Assembly (NCBI GenBank): GCA_028534125.1
Contig: CM052832.1
Coordinates: forward strand, 15,006,001-15,070,000
DNA from: Lama glama
Lineage: Eukaryota
Length of the DNA: 64,000 nt
Reading direction: 5' to 3'
How positions within the stretch are numbered: the first letter of the stretch is position 1; each line of letters starts with the position of its first letter. Shown in pieces: positions 1-12,998 of this stretch. Both the position numbers and the translations under genes were made by a program. The notes under the pieces were generated by a model. The model did not search any database. It saw only the letters and a program-made list of their open reading frames with translations, and was not told the origin of the DNA.

Positions 1-949
1 CGGAGAGTCTGGAGTGGGTCTCTAGGGGTAGAGGGGTGAGCCTGTAAGCAGAGAAAACCCGAAGTCTTGCCCTGCTGGCAGCTGCCAGGGACTACTGCCG
101 GAAGCATTGGAACTCGATGTGGGCAGTGCCAGGCAGGAGCTGCTGACAGCCAGGTTTCTGGGTCACCATCCAGGGTGCCCTGCCAGTTCCCAGGCCTTGG
201 GAGTGGAGTGGAGTGAGGGTGGGTCTGCATCCCAAGCCTGCTTCCTCCTTTGTCTGGGTGCTTCTGGGCCCTGCTCCCCTCTCCCACTTCCAGCCTTGCT
301 GGGGCATCTGGAGCCCCAGTGTCCCCCAGCAAGTCCCCCAGCAAGGGACTGATTGTTGATTCTCAAACTTCCTTTGGGTTTGTGGGCTGTGGTGTATAAA
401 GGTGATCCAGAACCCCTCCTGTTCTCTATCCTCTACCCCTGGTCTCTGGGCTCCGTCCACAGTTCCTATGCATCCCTTTTTCAGGCAGTTTTGCTTGGTG
501 GGAAGGGGCTTTGGGGGCAGGATGGCTTTCATGGGCAGAAATCCTTGTTTCTAAAGAAGGAATTCATCTTCTCAGTACAGTAAGCTTAGCACCTGGTGCC
601 CCATCCATCTCAGCATTGGCCTGGTCCAGTTTAAGGTGTTGGCTTGGCTCTCTAGAAGTCAGCAATACTTTTATCCCAAGAGCTCAAAGTACCCATCACA
701 CAGTCAGTGAAACAGAGATTCAAAGAGGTGAAGTATCTTGCTGTTACAAGGGGTAGAAATGGATAAAAGATGGAGGGTCTAGGGGTGTGGGTGGGGGGCT
801 AGGCAGTATTTGGTGGCCACTAAGTATTAGAGGTGGAGGGGATGTGACTCAGGTTGGGAGGCTGTGTGCTCACCACTGCTACAGACAGCTGGAGGAGGTG
901 GGGACAAAAATAACATCTACTACTCCCATCCACACAGGAGGAATTGTGT

Positions 950-1035
950 CCCCACTTCATAGGTGAGGAAATTGAGGCTCATCTGTGAGGTCAGAAGACT
1001 TGCCAAGGCCAGTGGCAGAGCCAGGAATCAGAATG
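950..1035. mobile_element. MIR fragment
   Basis: MIR core: cccacttcataggtgaggaaattgaggctc..gacttgccaagg..agtggcagagccagga. Confidence 0.7.
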
Positions 1036-1138
1036 TATGCAGTCTCAATTTTCTGAATCCTGCCCCACCCCACTGAGCTCACCTCAATCCCTACTCTGCT
1101 CTACTTTTTTTTATTCCATCACTTTATCTAACACCTAG

Positions 1139-1430
1139 ACTGTGCTGTCCACCACGTTGCCACTTGGCACAGGTGGCAATCCAGCACTTGAAATGTGGCG
1201 AGTCCAAATTTAGAGGTGCTGGAAGCACTATAAAATCCTCACTGGCTTTCCAAGGCTAAGTATTTTGAAAAATGTAGCAATACTCACTAATATTCTGTGT
1301 ATGATAATATTTGGGTGTATTAGATTAAATGAAATCTATTATTAAAATTAATTTCATGTGTTTCTTTTTACCATTGTAATATTTAACACTGCATGTGTGC
1401 CTCCTATTTTGTTTCTGTTGGACAGTGCTA
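1139..1430. mobile_element. hAT-Charlie MITE (MER33/MER3-like)
   Basis: TIRs ctgtgctgtcca...ttggacagtgcta, internal gcacttgaaatgtggc, flanked by ctaga-type target sequence. Confidence 0.75.
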
Positions 1431-1464
1431 GTTCTAGATCATTTGTTTATTAATTATTATTTAT

Positions 1465-1620
1465 TGTTTCCCCACCCACCCCCAGAATGTCAGCTCTTGG
1501 ATGGCAGGAGTTGACATATTTTGCTCACTGTCTTGTTTTGTCCACTGTTGTATTTCAGGTTTTCAGAGCCTGGCGCTGTATTTTATTATAGGTGTTCAGT
1601 AAATATTTGTTTAGTTCAAT
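1465..1620 (+). mobile_element. L2 3' end fragment
   Basis: agaatgtcagctc..tgtatttcag..cctggc..taggtgttcagtaaatatttgtt. Confidence 0.6.
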
Positions 1621-1899
1621 GGAGCCAATCTGATTCCAGGTCAGTCTCTGAGGGTTAGGAGGGGAGCCTGAGGGAGGGGATCTTTCATCCCTACAGGACC
1701 CCAGGTTGCCCATCTCCTCTACCACCCCACAGGGTTTGACATGGTGATCTGGTTTACCCCCAAAGGGTCCTTCTTGACACCCTGCTCCCCAGTGCGTGTG
1801 GGCACATGGGTCTGGGGTCTAGCTGCAGGTGAGCGATGCTGGAAGCTGGGAGAGGGGCTGCTCTGTGGAAGGAACAGACTGTAAGAGCCGCTGGGACCC

Positions 1900-2760
1900 T
1901 TGATGCTAGCCCCCGACCCGCCCCGACAGGGGAGACCCTGAGCGCCCACCCTCCGGAGCCGCCGGCCACGCACCTGGGAGCCACGCAGGGAGGGCCCACG
2001 GCCTCGGTGGGCTGGGGGTGTGCGTTGTCTGCGGGGAGGGTGTGGGGTGTGTCCGGCTCTGGCTCACACAAGGTCACTGTGTCAAAGGAGCCTTCCGAAC
2101 ACTTTCTCTTTCCCTGCGATTCGATTGCGGCTCCGAAAGCCCCTTCCGTAGGGACTTCCCTCCGCGCCTGACTCACGCTGCCTCATGCGTGTGACTCAGG
2201 CTGGGCGCCGCGCCAGCCCCGCTCTCCCCGCCCCCTGGCCCTGCCACCGCGCCTGCCGCAGGGGCGGAGGACGGGCCGGCGACAGGGGGCGGGGCGTGCG
2301 GGGACCGGCTGCCCCTGCGGAGAGACGGGGAGACTGAGGCTTTGGCAGAGGTGGGGGGCTGTGGAGGAGGAGATGGGAGACGGAGGGGCACAGGGGTACA
2401 GGCTCCAGAGAAACTGAGCTCCGGGGGTTGGATGAAAAGTCAGAGCCTGCTGTAGGAAAGGCCGAGAGAAAGACCGAGAGACCGAAAGAGGGAGACCAGG
2501 AGACTGAGAAAATGGGAGAGAGAGATAAAGTCGAGAAGGACACAGAGACAAGAAAGGGAGAGCCAAAAGCCTTCACGGAGGCCAAGGTGAGAGGATCGAC
2601 AAGTGACAGGGAGAGGAAGGGAGGAGAGCGCACGGAGACAGAAGCGCGTGGGTGCTGCCGCCCTGAGTCCTGCTAACACCTTGGGGCTGACGGCCTGTCC
2701 CGGCAGGCTGGGCGGAGGGACCGTCGCCCCGGAGCCTTGCGGTTCTCTCCCAGCTACGCC
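1900..2760. promoter_or_regulatory. Distal CpG-rich element with AP-1 sites and GC boxes
   Basis: CpG cluster; TGACTCA at 2169-2175 and 2192-2198; GGGGCGG boxes around 2261-2295. Confidence 0.6.
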
Positions 2761-3614
2761 TCACCAAGCTCTGTGAACAGCGGGCAAGTTACTTCTTGTC
2801 TCTGGGCCTCAATCTTCTCATCTGCAAAATGGGAGGTGGTGGAGGAGCATAATTCGATCTCCCCGTGCTTGTTATTTTCCCTTCTTCTGCCGCCCTCACC
2901 CTCTCCATCCAGCCCTGCTCTGATCTGCTCTGTGCTTGGAAGGCTGGCCCCTTGGCCTGCATCCCTGGGCCTCCACGCCAGCTGGCTTTCTGTTGGGCAG
3001 TACCCACTTGCAGGAGATCTGAGAGAAGCTGGGATACGCCTTCCTCTGCCCTGGGCCTGCCTTGTCTCCTGGTCTGGCTGCAGCTGTGTCCCTCCTTGAT
3101 AACAGCTCTAGGAACGTAGCATCTGCTCCTTGCCCTTTCAGCCTTGGGAATCACAGTGACTTTCTGCCATTGTTGGTCCCAGGGCCACACCACTCCTCAT
3201 CGATTCCCTTCACTCCTCACTAAAGACCCCTGGAGTCCCTGGGTTGGGTCTCATTTTCTGCCAGGGCCCTGACTGCTACCCTGCAGGGCTAGCACTCTGA
3301 GGCAGCACAGCACTTGGCACCTAGGAAGTCACAGCTCTTATCATTACCCTGCTCCTTCCTTTCAAGGGTAGGGGGTGGACAGAGATGATACCCTCAGCAG
3401 AATGATATACAACATTAAAAAGCACTCAGATACCTATTAGCTCTTTAAATCATCACAGTGAGTTTGTGAAACACATGTTAGGTTATTAGCTTCATTTGGA
3501 TGAGAAACATGTGGCTCATGCATTCTGGAAGGAACACAACGGAATAAGAATAGTGACAGCGGGGCTTCTTCCTATGGGTGACAGGCCGGGTTAGGGAGGG
3601 GCAGCTATGAATGA

Positions 3615-3850
3615 CAACAATAATAGTAGCTAAGATATATTGATAACATCTCAAGTGCCAGACACAGTTCTGATCTACTCTTATTAACTCACTTAATCCT
3701 TACAACAACCCTATGAGGCAGCTGCTATCCTTACTGCCATTTTACAGTTGTAACTAAGGCATGAGAGGTTGAGTAATTTTCCCAAGGCCACACAGCAGGG
3801 CTGGGCTGGAACGCAAGTCAGTCTCGCTCCAGATCAGCCACTCTAAACCT
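3615..3850. mobile_element. MIR
   Basis: gtgccagacacagttct..cttaatccttacaacaaccctatgagg..ccattttacag..cccaaggccacacagc. Confidence 0.8.
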
Positions 3851-4589
3851 CTTCTGGGTGCCCCCTTGGGTACCTGGGGGAGGGGGAGCACACCTGTATT
3901 TCAGGCTGAGTAGACAGCATGGGCAGAGCCTTGAGGGGAAAGAGCTTTTGTCGTGGGTTTCAGAAATAATCAGCCATGTTGTCGTGTCTGGGGTAGGAGA
4001 AGAAAGCAGCAGAATTTGACAATCATGGGAGTAAGTGGGAGCTGATCTTGGGGAAGCTACCTTTCAACCAGGGGCATGGACTTTATTCTGAAGGTAATAG
4101 GGAGCCATGCAAGGTTTTCAGCAGGGGTGAAACAGGTTGCCATTTTAGGAAGGATTACTTTAAAATGCAAGGGAGATACTGTTTTTCTCCTGTTAAATGG
4201 CAAAGAGGTTTAAAGTGATAATTCCTAATGCTGGCATCGTTTCAGAGCACTGATTGCTCTCATATGTAGCTGATGGGAAAGAATTGGTTTGACCTTTCTA
4301 GAAAGCAGCTGAACCATGAGTAGTACTTGAGGAGGGTTCGGCCCTTTGACCTGCTAATCCCATTTCAAGGAATCTCTCCTCTGACCTAATTGGAAAAGGG
4401 GTCAGAGATTTATGTCCCAGAATCTGAAATTTATTCTATCATTAATAATAGTAGTAGTAATAATAAAAGGAAACAATATAAATTCCAACAGGAGGGAATT
4501 GCCAAAATAAATTAAGAGTGAAGCATTATGAAATGCCTTAGAGTAATTAATAAAATTTTTTCAAAGAGAGTAAATGCATCAGAAAGGCT

Positions 4590-6720
4590 AAAGACATCTA
4601 GAACTCTTAAAAGTAATGAGTTCATCATGACCGCAGGGTACCAGATTAACCCACAAAAATCAATCACATTTCTGTATGCTAGCAATGAACCATTGGAAGC
4701 AAATTAAAAAGACAATAGCATTTGTAATGGCTCCAAAAAGAAACAAACAAACAAACAAAAAAAGCTTGGGTATACACCTAACAAAACATTCACAGGATGT
4801 CTAAGCTGAAAGCTATAAAATGTTGATGAAAGAAATCGGAGCTCTAAATACACAGTGAAACATACCATGTTCATGGACTGGAAGACTCAACATAGTAAAG
4901 ATGTAATTTCTCCCCAAACTGATTGTATTAGTTTCCTCGGGGCTTCCATAACAAAGTACCACAAGCTGGGTGCCTTAAAACAGTGGAAATTTCTGTCTCA
5001 CAGTTCTGAAGTCTAGAGGTCTGAAATTAAGGTGTCAGCAGGACCATGCTCTCTGCATCCTCTCTGGGAGGGTCCTTCCTTGCCTCTTCCAGCTTCTGGT
5101 GATTTGCCCACAATCCTTGGTGTTCCTTGGCTTGCAGCCACAGCACTTAAACATCTGCCTCTGTTGTCATACGTGTTCTCCCTGTGTGTCTATCTCCTCT
5201 CTTATAGGGAGCTCGTTGTACTGGATTAAGGACCCATCCTACTCCACTATGACCTTATCTTAACTAATTATATCTACAGTGTCCCTATTTCCAAATAAAG
5301 TCACATTTTGAAGTGATGTATTTGGCTCAGGTTAGGATTTCAACAGATTTGGGGGGCACAGTTCATAAAACTGATCTATAGATTTAAAACAATTCTGATC
5401 AAATCCCAGCAGGAATTTTTGGAGATACAGACAAGCTGATTCTAAAATTTATATGGAAAAGCAAAGACACTAGAATAGCTGAAACATTTTTGAAAAAGAA
5501 TAAATTGGAAGAATGACATTATCTGATTTTAGGACTTAAAAAACAATAACAGGGCTTGCAACATTAATCAAGACTGTTGTCCTGTCAGAGGAATGGACAC
5601 AGATCAATGAAACAGAATAGAGAGCCCAGAAATAGACCCACATAAATATGACCAATTGATTTTGACAAAGGTGCAAAGCTCTTCATGGAGAAAGGATAGT
5701 CTTTTCAACAAATGGTGCTGGAATAACTGGACAGCTATATGCAAAAAGAGTGAAACTTGTCCCAAATCTCCCACATTATACTAAAATCAACTCAAAATGA
5801 ATTATAGATCTAAACATAGAACCTAAAACTATAAAATGTCTAGGAGAAAACAGGAGAAAATCTTCATGACCTGGGGTTAGTCAAAGAGTTCTTAAAACAT
5901 GATATTAAAACTGGGATCCATGAAAAAAAAATGGATAAATTGGACTTCATCAGTATATCAAAAGTGTCTGTGAAAAACACTGTTACAAGAACTAAAAGAC
6001 AAGTTATAGGCTGTATTACATACAGTATTTACATGTCACACACTTGACAAAAGATTTGTAACCAGAATTTATTAAAAATTCTTAAAACAACAGTAGGAAA
6101 ATGGCCAATTTTAAACAGGCAAAAACATTTGAACAGACACTTCACCCACGGGGACATAGAGATGGTAAATAAGCACATGCAAAGAGACTCAGTGTCACTA
6201 GCTATGGGGTCAGTGCAAATTGAAACATCGGTGACCCCGCAATCCCACTCCTAGATGTTTGCCCTAGAGAAATAAAAACTGTCATTCACACAAACACCTA
6301 TGGAAGAATGCTGATAGCGGTTCTAGTCATAATCACCCAAATCTGGAAGCAACCCAGACTGAGAGAATGGACACATGAACTGTGGTTCACTGATGGAATA
6401 CTACCCAGCAGTAGAAAGGGACAAACACTTGCTACACATATTAATGTGGAAGAAAGAAGCCCGTCTCAAAGGATACACACTGTATGGTTCAATACATGGT
6501 TCATGTGACAGTCTAGAAGAGACAGAACAACGGTGATGAGAACAGAGAAGTGGTTTCCAGGGCTTTGGGGTGGGGGGAAATAATGCCTATATGGAGGTGG
6601 CAAGAGGGAATTTTGGGGGGATGATAGCATGTTCTGAATCCTAACCATGTGGTTGTCTGTACATGTAAAATTCATAGAAATGCACACCAAAAGAAGTCTC
6701 TATTACAGTATGATAATTTG
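4590..6720 (+). mobile_element. Degenerate L1 (3' part of ORF2 and 3'UTR), interrupted by an LTR
   Basis: A-rich L1 signatures: ccatgttcatggactggaagactcaacatagtaaagatg, cccagaaatagacccacataaatatg, ttttcaacaaatggtgctgg, gaacagacacttcacc; no intact ORF. Confidence 0.9.
4924..5370 (-). mobile_element. MaLR solo LTR (MLT1A-D type) inserted in L1
   Basis: Starts tgtattagtttcc..ataacaaagtaccacaa; 5-bp TSD ctgat at 4919-4923 and 5371-5375; L1 resumes directly after. Confidence 0.88.
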
Positions 6721-7839
6721 AAAAAAACAACTGTATCCAGTTGGGTAACCATGTGATAATGCAAGTATAGCACATTGTTAATGGAAAAATCTAGGTGGTG
6801 GATATGAGTGATCACTGAACAATTCTTTTAGCTTTGCTGACTGTTTGAAACTTTTCATAGTAAAATCTTGGAAAAAACTATTCAGAATGATCCAAAGTTT
6901 GTTTTTAAAATCTGTCTATTCTTTCTTTCTATCTATCTATCCATCCATCCATCTCACAGGTACAAGTGTAGGAAGACGATTGAAGGCATCGTACCAAAAT
7001 ATTAACAATGGGGATCTTGCTGAAGGGTAAAATTGTGAGTGATTAAAATTGTCTTTATATATGTTTCTGTATTGTCTATAATGAGCATGTATTATTTTAT
7101 TTGGGAAGAGTATAAATAAGCTATATTGTATTTATTTTAAACATCTTTTTTTCCCAATTACGTGTGCAATCCCTGCTTATTGTAAGGTTCAAATGGTATG
7201 GAAGTGTGTGACCCCTAAGGGAAGGTCCTGTGTGCTCATCCCCATCACCGTTAACATCTACATATATCCTAAAGTCTAAATCTTAAGTTTAAGTTCATTT
7301 CTTTCAGATTATGTCATCTTTAAAAACCTAAGCAATTCAAACATATTCCAACTTTGTTTCCCATTACAATCACTTAACAGTGAAAGTTTTATATTTACAG
7401 TATGTTGTAGATTTGAGGCATACAATCTGAGTTGCAAAGAGGGTGTTATAATTTTTCTTGACTCCAAGAATTGAACCAGAAAAGAGCCTGGTCCTTGGGA
7501 CATGGGGGTGACCCTTCTTTGTTATTTTAAAGATATGACTATATATATTTGTTTTCCATTTCTTCTGTAACTTAGGTCAAAACCGAATGCTCTTTTGTTG
7601 TATGTTTGTGTGTTTCATCACACCAATTATAAAATAATACCTGTGGAGGAAACTGAGGCCAGATTGGAGAGGGACTGAGGCTCAGGGTCACTTCTGGCAC
7701 AGCCACTCACTCCCTGTTACTCCTCTCTGGGCCTTGGCTTTCTATGCTATATTATTTTTATAATGAAAAGCAAATAAAAGTAATAATAAAACCCTGTTAA
7801 CTAGGCAGCAGTGTAGAGAGTGTTGCAAAGACTTCTGGT

Positions 7840-8235
7840 TATCCCACATGCCTGATCTCTCCTTCTTCCTGAGGACTAGGAACTTCTATATTTTTAGTAG
7901 AGTATGTGATGACCCTCAAAATAGACTGTTTCCTTGCCGCTCTTGCTAGATGTGGTCAATGGAAAATAAGCAAAAGGTTTTTAAAGGGAAGGGATGTTTT
8001 CTTTTTCTCTGCTTTCTAATGGCTAGACTGTGGACATGATGGCTGGAGCACAAGCAGCTATTTTAGACCATGAGGAAAACTTGGAGAATGAAAGCCACAC
8101 ACTGCAGAGCAACCAAACAGAAAGAGACAGGGTTCCTGACACAGTGGTCTGCCATGCTAACTCTTGACTACCTGCCTCTTGACTTCTTAAATGTGAGAGA
8201 GAAATACACTTCTGGCTAGTATAACCCATTGGTAT
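7840..8235 (+). mobile_element. Old MLT1-type LTR
   Basis: ggacatgatggctggagc..gcagctattttagaccatgagg..tgtgagagagaaatac. Confidence 0.65.
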
Positions 8236-8480
8236 CTTTTTAAATTGAATTATAATTGATATACAATATTAGTTTTTGGTGTACAACATAGTGATTTGAT
8301 ATTTTTGTATATTACAAATGATCACCACGAGAAGTCTAGTTACCATCTGTCATCATACAGTGTTGTTACAATATTATTGACTATACTCCCTATGCTGTAC
8401 AATTCTCCATCTCAGTGATTTATTTATTTTATAGCTGGAAATTTGTACCTTTTAATCCCCTTCACCTATTTCACCTGTCC
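8236..8480 (-). mobile_element. L1 3' end (L1MA-like)
   Basis: ttaaattgaattataattgatatacaatatt..ggtgtacaacatagtgatt..atgctgtaca. Confidence 0.8.
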
Positions 8481-9204
8481 CATTGGTAGTTTGGAATTTT
8501 GTTATATGCAGCCTTATACAGGACAGGAGAATCAGTGAGGAGACTGTTTCAGTAACAAGGGAGAGATGATGAACGCCTGAACCATGGTGGGAAGTGATGT
8601 AAGAGACATTTGTCTAGGTGTCTAGGACATGCCGGGTTCCCATGCCTGAGGGAGGGACCATTTAAAGGGGGCTACTCATTGCATTGGTCAGGAGTTGAGC
8701 AGAAGGTTTGAGCTGGAGAAAACATATGGTTAGCAAGGTAAAAATGCCCACAGTCACATGGCTAGGAGGGCCTGGCCCCTGAATGGAGTCTGCATGAGTT
8801 ATCTATTGATGAGTAAAAAGTCACTCCAAAACTTAGCAAGAAGGAGTTAGGGGTCTGAGAGCTGCCTAGGTGGGTTGTTCTAGCTTGCGGTTTGTCATGA
8901 GATTGCAGTTAAGATGCTGATCAGGGCTGGGGTCGCCTGAAGGCTTGATGGGGCGGAAGGAGCCATTTCCAAGTGGCTCGCTCACAGGGCTGCTGACTCG
9001 TGCTCGGGGCGGGGGCTGCCCTGTGCCTGCCTGGTGTTGAAAGCTTTACATGAGTAAAGATTGACGCCACTTCTTGGGGTAAAGGGGGAAGAGGGTGTAG
9101 CATAGTGGTGGCCTCTAATAAGTTCCAGGAAGGGCAGTTGGGATGATTAAGAGATGTGCCATCTACACATGGCCTCAGCAGGTGCTCACTAAATGTTAAC
9201 TCAT

Positions 9205-9390
9205 GGTGGGTCCAGGGCCAGAAGAGACAGCGATTGAAGTCCCAGCTTTGCCACGTAGTTGTGGCGACTCAGTGTCCTCTGCCATCAAATGGGATGCTAA
9301 TATCCATCTTATAGCATTGTTGTGAGGATTGAAAAAGGAAATACGTGTAAAACACCGAAGCTAGTCCCTGGCACATTGTGATTGTTCAAA
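9205..9390. mobile_element. MIR
   Basis: aaatgggatgctaata..gttgtgaggattgaa..cctggcaca. Confidence 0.65.
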
Positions 9391-11569
9391 TCAAGATTTA
9401 TGAGAATTAATCTCTCTGCTCAGAATTCTCCAGGGGCTTCCCCCTGCTGCGGCACTGAAGCCATTCAAAGCCTCCTCCATCTAGCCTGGCCAGCTGAATT
9501 TTAGCCCAGCCCCCAGGGCCTGGTCTCTGTCTCCTTGCACCCTTGTTCCCTCCACCTGACATGCCACCTCCCAGCCCCTTCCTTCTGTTCCTCTTTTATC
9601 CAAGCCTTTCCTGGTGGGAGCTCCCACACCAGCCTCACCCTCCTCAGTGCTTTTCAGGACACACCCCCCGCCCTGTTCCTTCTGCCTGGCATCGTGCTGG
9701 GCACAGCCTGGGTAGTGGGGGGAGATCCACACAGGAACTGTTTCGATGGTGGGGTGGCTAACTCCACTGAGACAGAGGGACTCTGGGGGCTGGCTGACAG
9801 GGAGCAGAAGGGTGCAAGGGATGGCAGGGTGGGGAGGGGGTGCTGTGGAAAGGCTGATGCAGGGAGTGAGCCTGAGCCAAGAGGACAGTTGTGTCCCCTG
9901 CCCCCTCCAGGATGTCAAGCAAGTGGTGGGCAGCAGTTGTAGCTTTTTCATCCGCACACTCTAGGTGCGCAGTAGTTACTTTAAAATTGAATTGGAAGAA
10001 GGGTCATTTGAGGATTTGAAGGGTAATATGATCACTGCCTTTCCCCCAAATACGCTCCACCAGCTTGTTCAAGGTACCTGAAATTTCCCCGTTAGAATCA
10101 TATTTGGCTTGAAAATCAGCGTCTTCGGAAAGCTCCCGTTCGGATCTGCACCAGCATTTTCCGTGGGCAGGTAACAGAGCAGCCCATTAGTCCTGATGAA
10201 CTGATCTGACAAACCATCTGTCACCCATAGCCCTGAGCTACACTGTGAAACCGCTGAGTGTGTCACCTGGCTTTGCTCCTCCTCAGGATCCCTCCCACCC
10301 CCCAAGCCACCCTAGGTGGTCCAGATTCACTCCCCTGTGAGTAACCCTTCCCCCCAAGGTTGTACAGCCTCCCTTTGTCATAACTTCTCCTGAGGGCTGT
10401 CCTCAGGGCCCTGCTGGGGCTTCCCTGGGTGAGGAGTGTGAGGCAGAATAAGCTCCCATGGGCATTTTGAGGGGAAATGGCTCCTGCCTCCAACGTTCTC
10501 CCCCATGTACCTCCCCAGCAGAAATACAGGGGTCCCTCCCTCATGCCTACTCCCATGGAATGTAGTAGCAGCTGTGCTGTGGGGGGTGAGATGGCATCAC
10601 ACAGCCATAGAGCTCAGAGCTGGAAGGGACACCACTAAGCCAACTGGTCCAGTCCTCTGCTGTTAGGGAGGCAAGGGACACTTCTCCATGCTTTTAGATA
10701 AGGCAACTCCTAACTGAGCTGTATCACCCCATCCCCTGGATCAGGTCAGCTCTGTCTCTCGCACTTGAGCTTTTGCACTGGATGGTTTCACAACACTTCT
10801 AAGAGGGAGAGAGGTGTGCTGCACTGCAGCAAGATTCAAGATACCTCAACCTGACATCTTATTCAAATGGCTTCAGCAAGGAGGAAATTTCTGTTTTCTT
10901 GTAACAAGGTGACCAGAGGTGTAGTGGTTCCAGTGCTGGTTTTTGAGTGGTTCAACAGCATTATGAATGACTGAGATTGTTTTTAACCTTCATCTCTCTG
11001 CCATTGTCAGGGGGTCAATCATGTTTTTCCTCATGGTCACAAGATGGCTGCCTGTCACCAAGCATCACATCTAGATATAACAAACATACAATGAAAGAAG
11101 AGAACTTTCCAGGAAGCCACGAACAATTCATCTTCATGTCTCAGTGGCCATAATTACACCGTTGCTCATTCAAAATCCAATATTAGTGCAATATTGGGAG
11201 ACAGTTCTCCATGGGCCTCTTGTATTTCTCCATGTCTCTCAAGGAGGTTTGTGTAGTGAACAACCTTAAGAAATAGTGTTTTCCTTCAGATAAAAGGGCA
11301 GGTTTGTTTAGTTCCTATTTTAAAGGATTCCTAAGCTCAGGGTTCTCCTGTAACACAACTCATGCAGTCAGTAACCATACCTCACTGCAATGGAGGCTGG
11401 GAAGTGTAGTCTTTAGCCAGACAGTCGTGTGCTTAGCTGAAATTTCCATTTCTACAGAGAAGGGAGAATGGATATTGGGGCAATTGGCAACCTCTGCCAT
11501 AGTTACTCCAGTAAAACTGGGCTTCTGTTAGGGAGTCAGGAGGAAAGGTGTTGGAGAAGCAACAATGGT

Positions 11570-11667
11570 GCCTACACAGTAGGGTTGGTGCCTTGGCCCC
11601 ATTTTACAGATGAGGAATTGAGTTCCAGAGAGGGAATGTCAAGGCCAGGTATAGACCCCAGGTCTCC
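11570..11667. mobile_element. MIR fragment abutting duplication copy 1
   Basis: ccccattttacagatgaggaattgag..cagagagg. Confidence 0.65.
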
Positions 11668-11680
11668 CCAGATTAATCCA

Positions 11681-11885
11681 GAGATTAAATCTGGCCAATT
11701 GGATGCAAGCAGGTGTTGTGTTCTTACTCGTGGCTGGGTGGGGCTTCCTTCCTCTTTCCTCCTGATATGAATGCAGACATGATGGCTGACATTCAGGCAG
11801 CCATCTTGGGCTATGAGGAGAAAGCCACTGCTGAGGCTGGTGGAGCAACAAGACAGAATGAGTCTGGTCCCTGACACTTATGCAC
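11681..11885 (+). repeat. 205-bp direct duplication, copy 1 (derived copy)
   Basis: Identical to 12707-12911 except T11812 versus C12838. Confidence 0.97.
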
Positions 11886-12619
11886 TTCAGGTTTTCCCAT
11901 CATTTTCCCGCCTCTGCATCAGTACAGGTCAGGTTTGGCCAGAAGGCTTCTTTCTTCTCACTTAGTCCCTGTGACTTCCTTGAATCCTCTCCCTCTTATT
12001 GTTCATTTGATCCCTGGTCTCTCTTTCTGTCTCCTTCTCTGCCTTCTCTTCCCAGCCTATCACTGCCAGAGTCCCAGGCCGAGCCTTCTCACTTGTACAT
12101 GTGTGTGTCCATCTGGCCCGTGGCATCAAATAGCATCTCCTTACCATGAACCCCTCACTCCTGTCTGCCTTTGGGACCACTCTTTGTGCTTTGGACTTGT
12201 ATATCCAACTACCTGCCAACACCCCCATTTGGGTGTCTTACAGGCACTTCCAACGTCATGAGTTCAAAATTGAATTCATGATGTCACCCACGAACTTGCT
12301 TTTCTTGCATTCTGGCCAATCTCAGTAACTGTCCCACCTGCCGGTAGTGATCTTGACCTCTTTGGTACCTTCCTCTACTTTATTCACATTTACTCCACCT
12401 CTGTAACCCCATGCTTGAATCATTGCTGGAGCCTCCTCCTCCTCAGGCCACCTCAGCTTGCCCCAGCCATTCCTTACCATCTTAAAGTGGAGGTATGATC
12501 ACATCATTCTTGTTCTTAAAACCTTCAATGGCTTGCCATTATTTTTAGGATAAAGACCAAATTCTTGTCTAGTGTGACAGAGGCTCTAGCCCCTCCCCCA
12601 CTATTATTTTCTTCTTTAG

Positions 12620-12998
12620 AAAGACAACCCCTATTTGTACCTGGGCACAAGAGCATTTAAATAAAGACTGCGTATTCCAGCCTCCCTTCTAGCTAGCTGG
12701 GGCCGTGAGATTAAATCTGGCCAATTGGATGCAAGCAGGTGTTGTGTTCTTACTCGTGGCTGGGTGGGGCTTCCTTCCTCTTTCCTCCTGATATGAATGC
12801 AGACATGATGGCTGACATTCAGGCAGCCATCTTGGGCCATGAGGAGAAAGCCACTGCTGAGGCTGGTGGAGCAACAAGACAGAATGAGTCTGGTCCCTGA
12901 CACTTATGCACACACCTGCCTACATTTGGGCCTTTCTTATGGGAAACAGAAATAAACTCTGATCAAGTGTTAGTCACTACTTCTGGGTTTTCTCACAG
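12620..12998 (+). mobile_element. Old MaLR (MLT1-type) LTR
   Basis: Typical segments: ttccagcctccctt..agctag, gaatgcagacatgatggctg..cagccatcttg..catgagg, agaaataaac. Confidence 0.65.
12707..12911 (+). repeat. 205-bp direct duplication, copy 2 (source, inside an LTR)
   Basis: Offset 1026 bp from copy 1; continuous with LTR-like sequence on both sides. Confidence 0.97.

Noticed and set aside
2428..2676. Charged Glu/Lys/Arg-rich ORF
   Set aside because: Translation of the GA-rich low-complexity tract, TTG start.
11572..12913. Apparently paralogous ORF pairs (MSGTRLILSCC...)
   Set aside because: By-product of the 205-bp duplication of LTR sequence, not genes.
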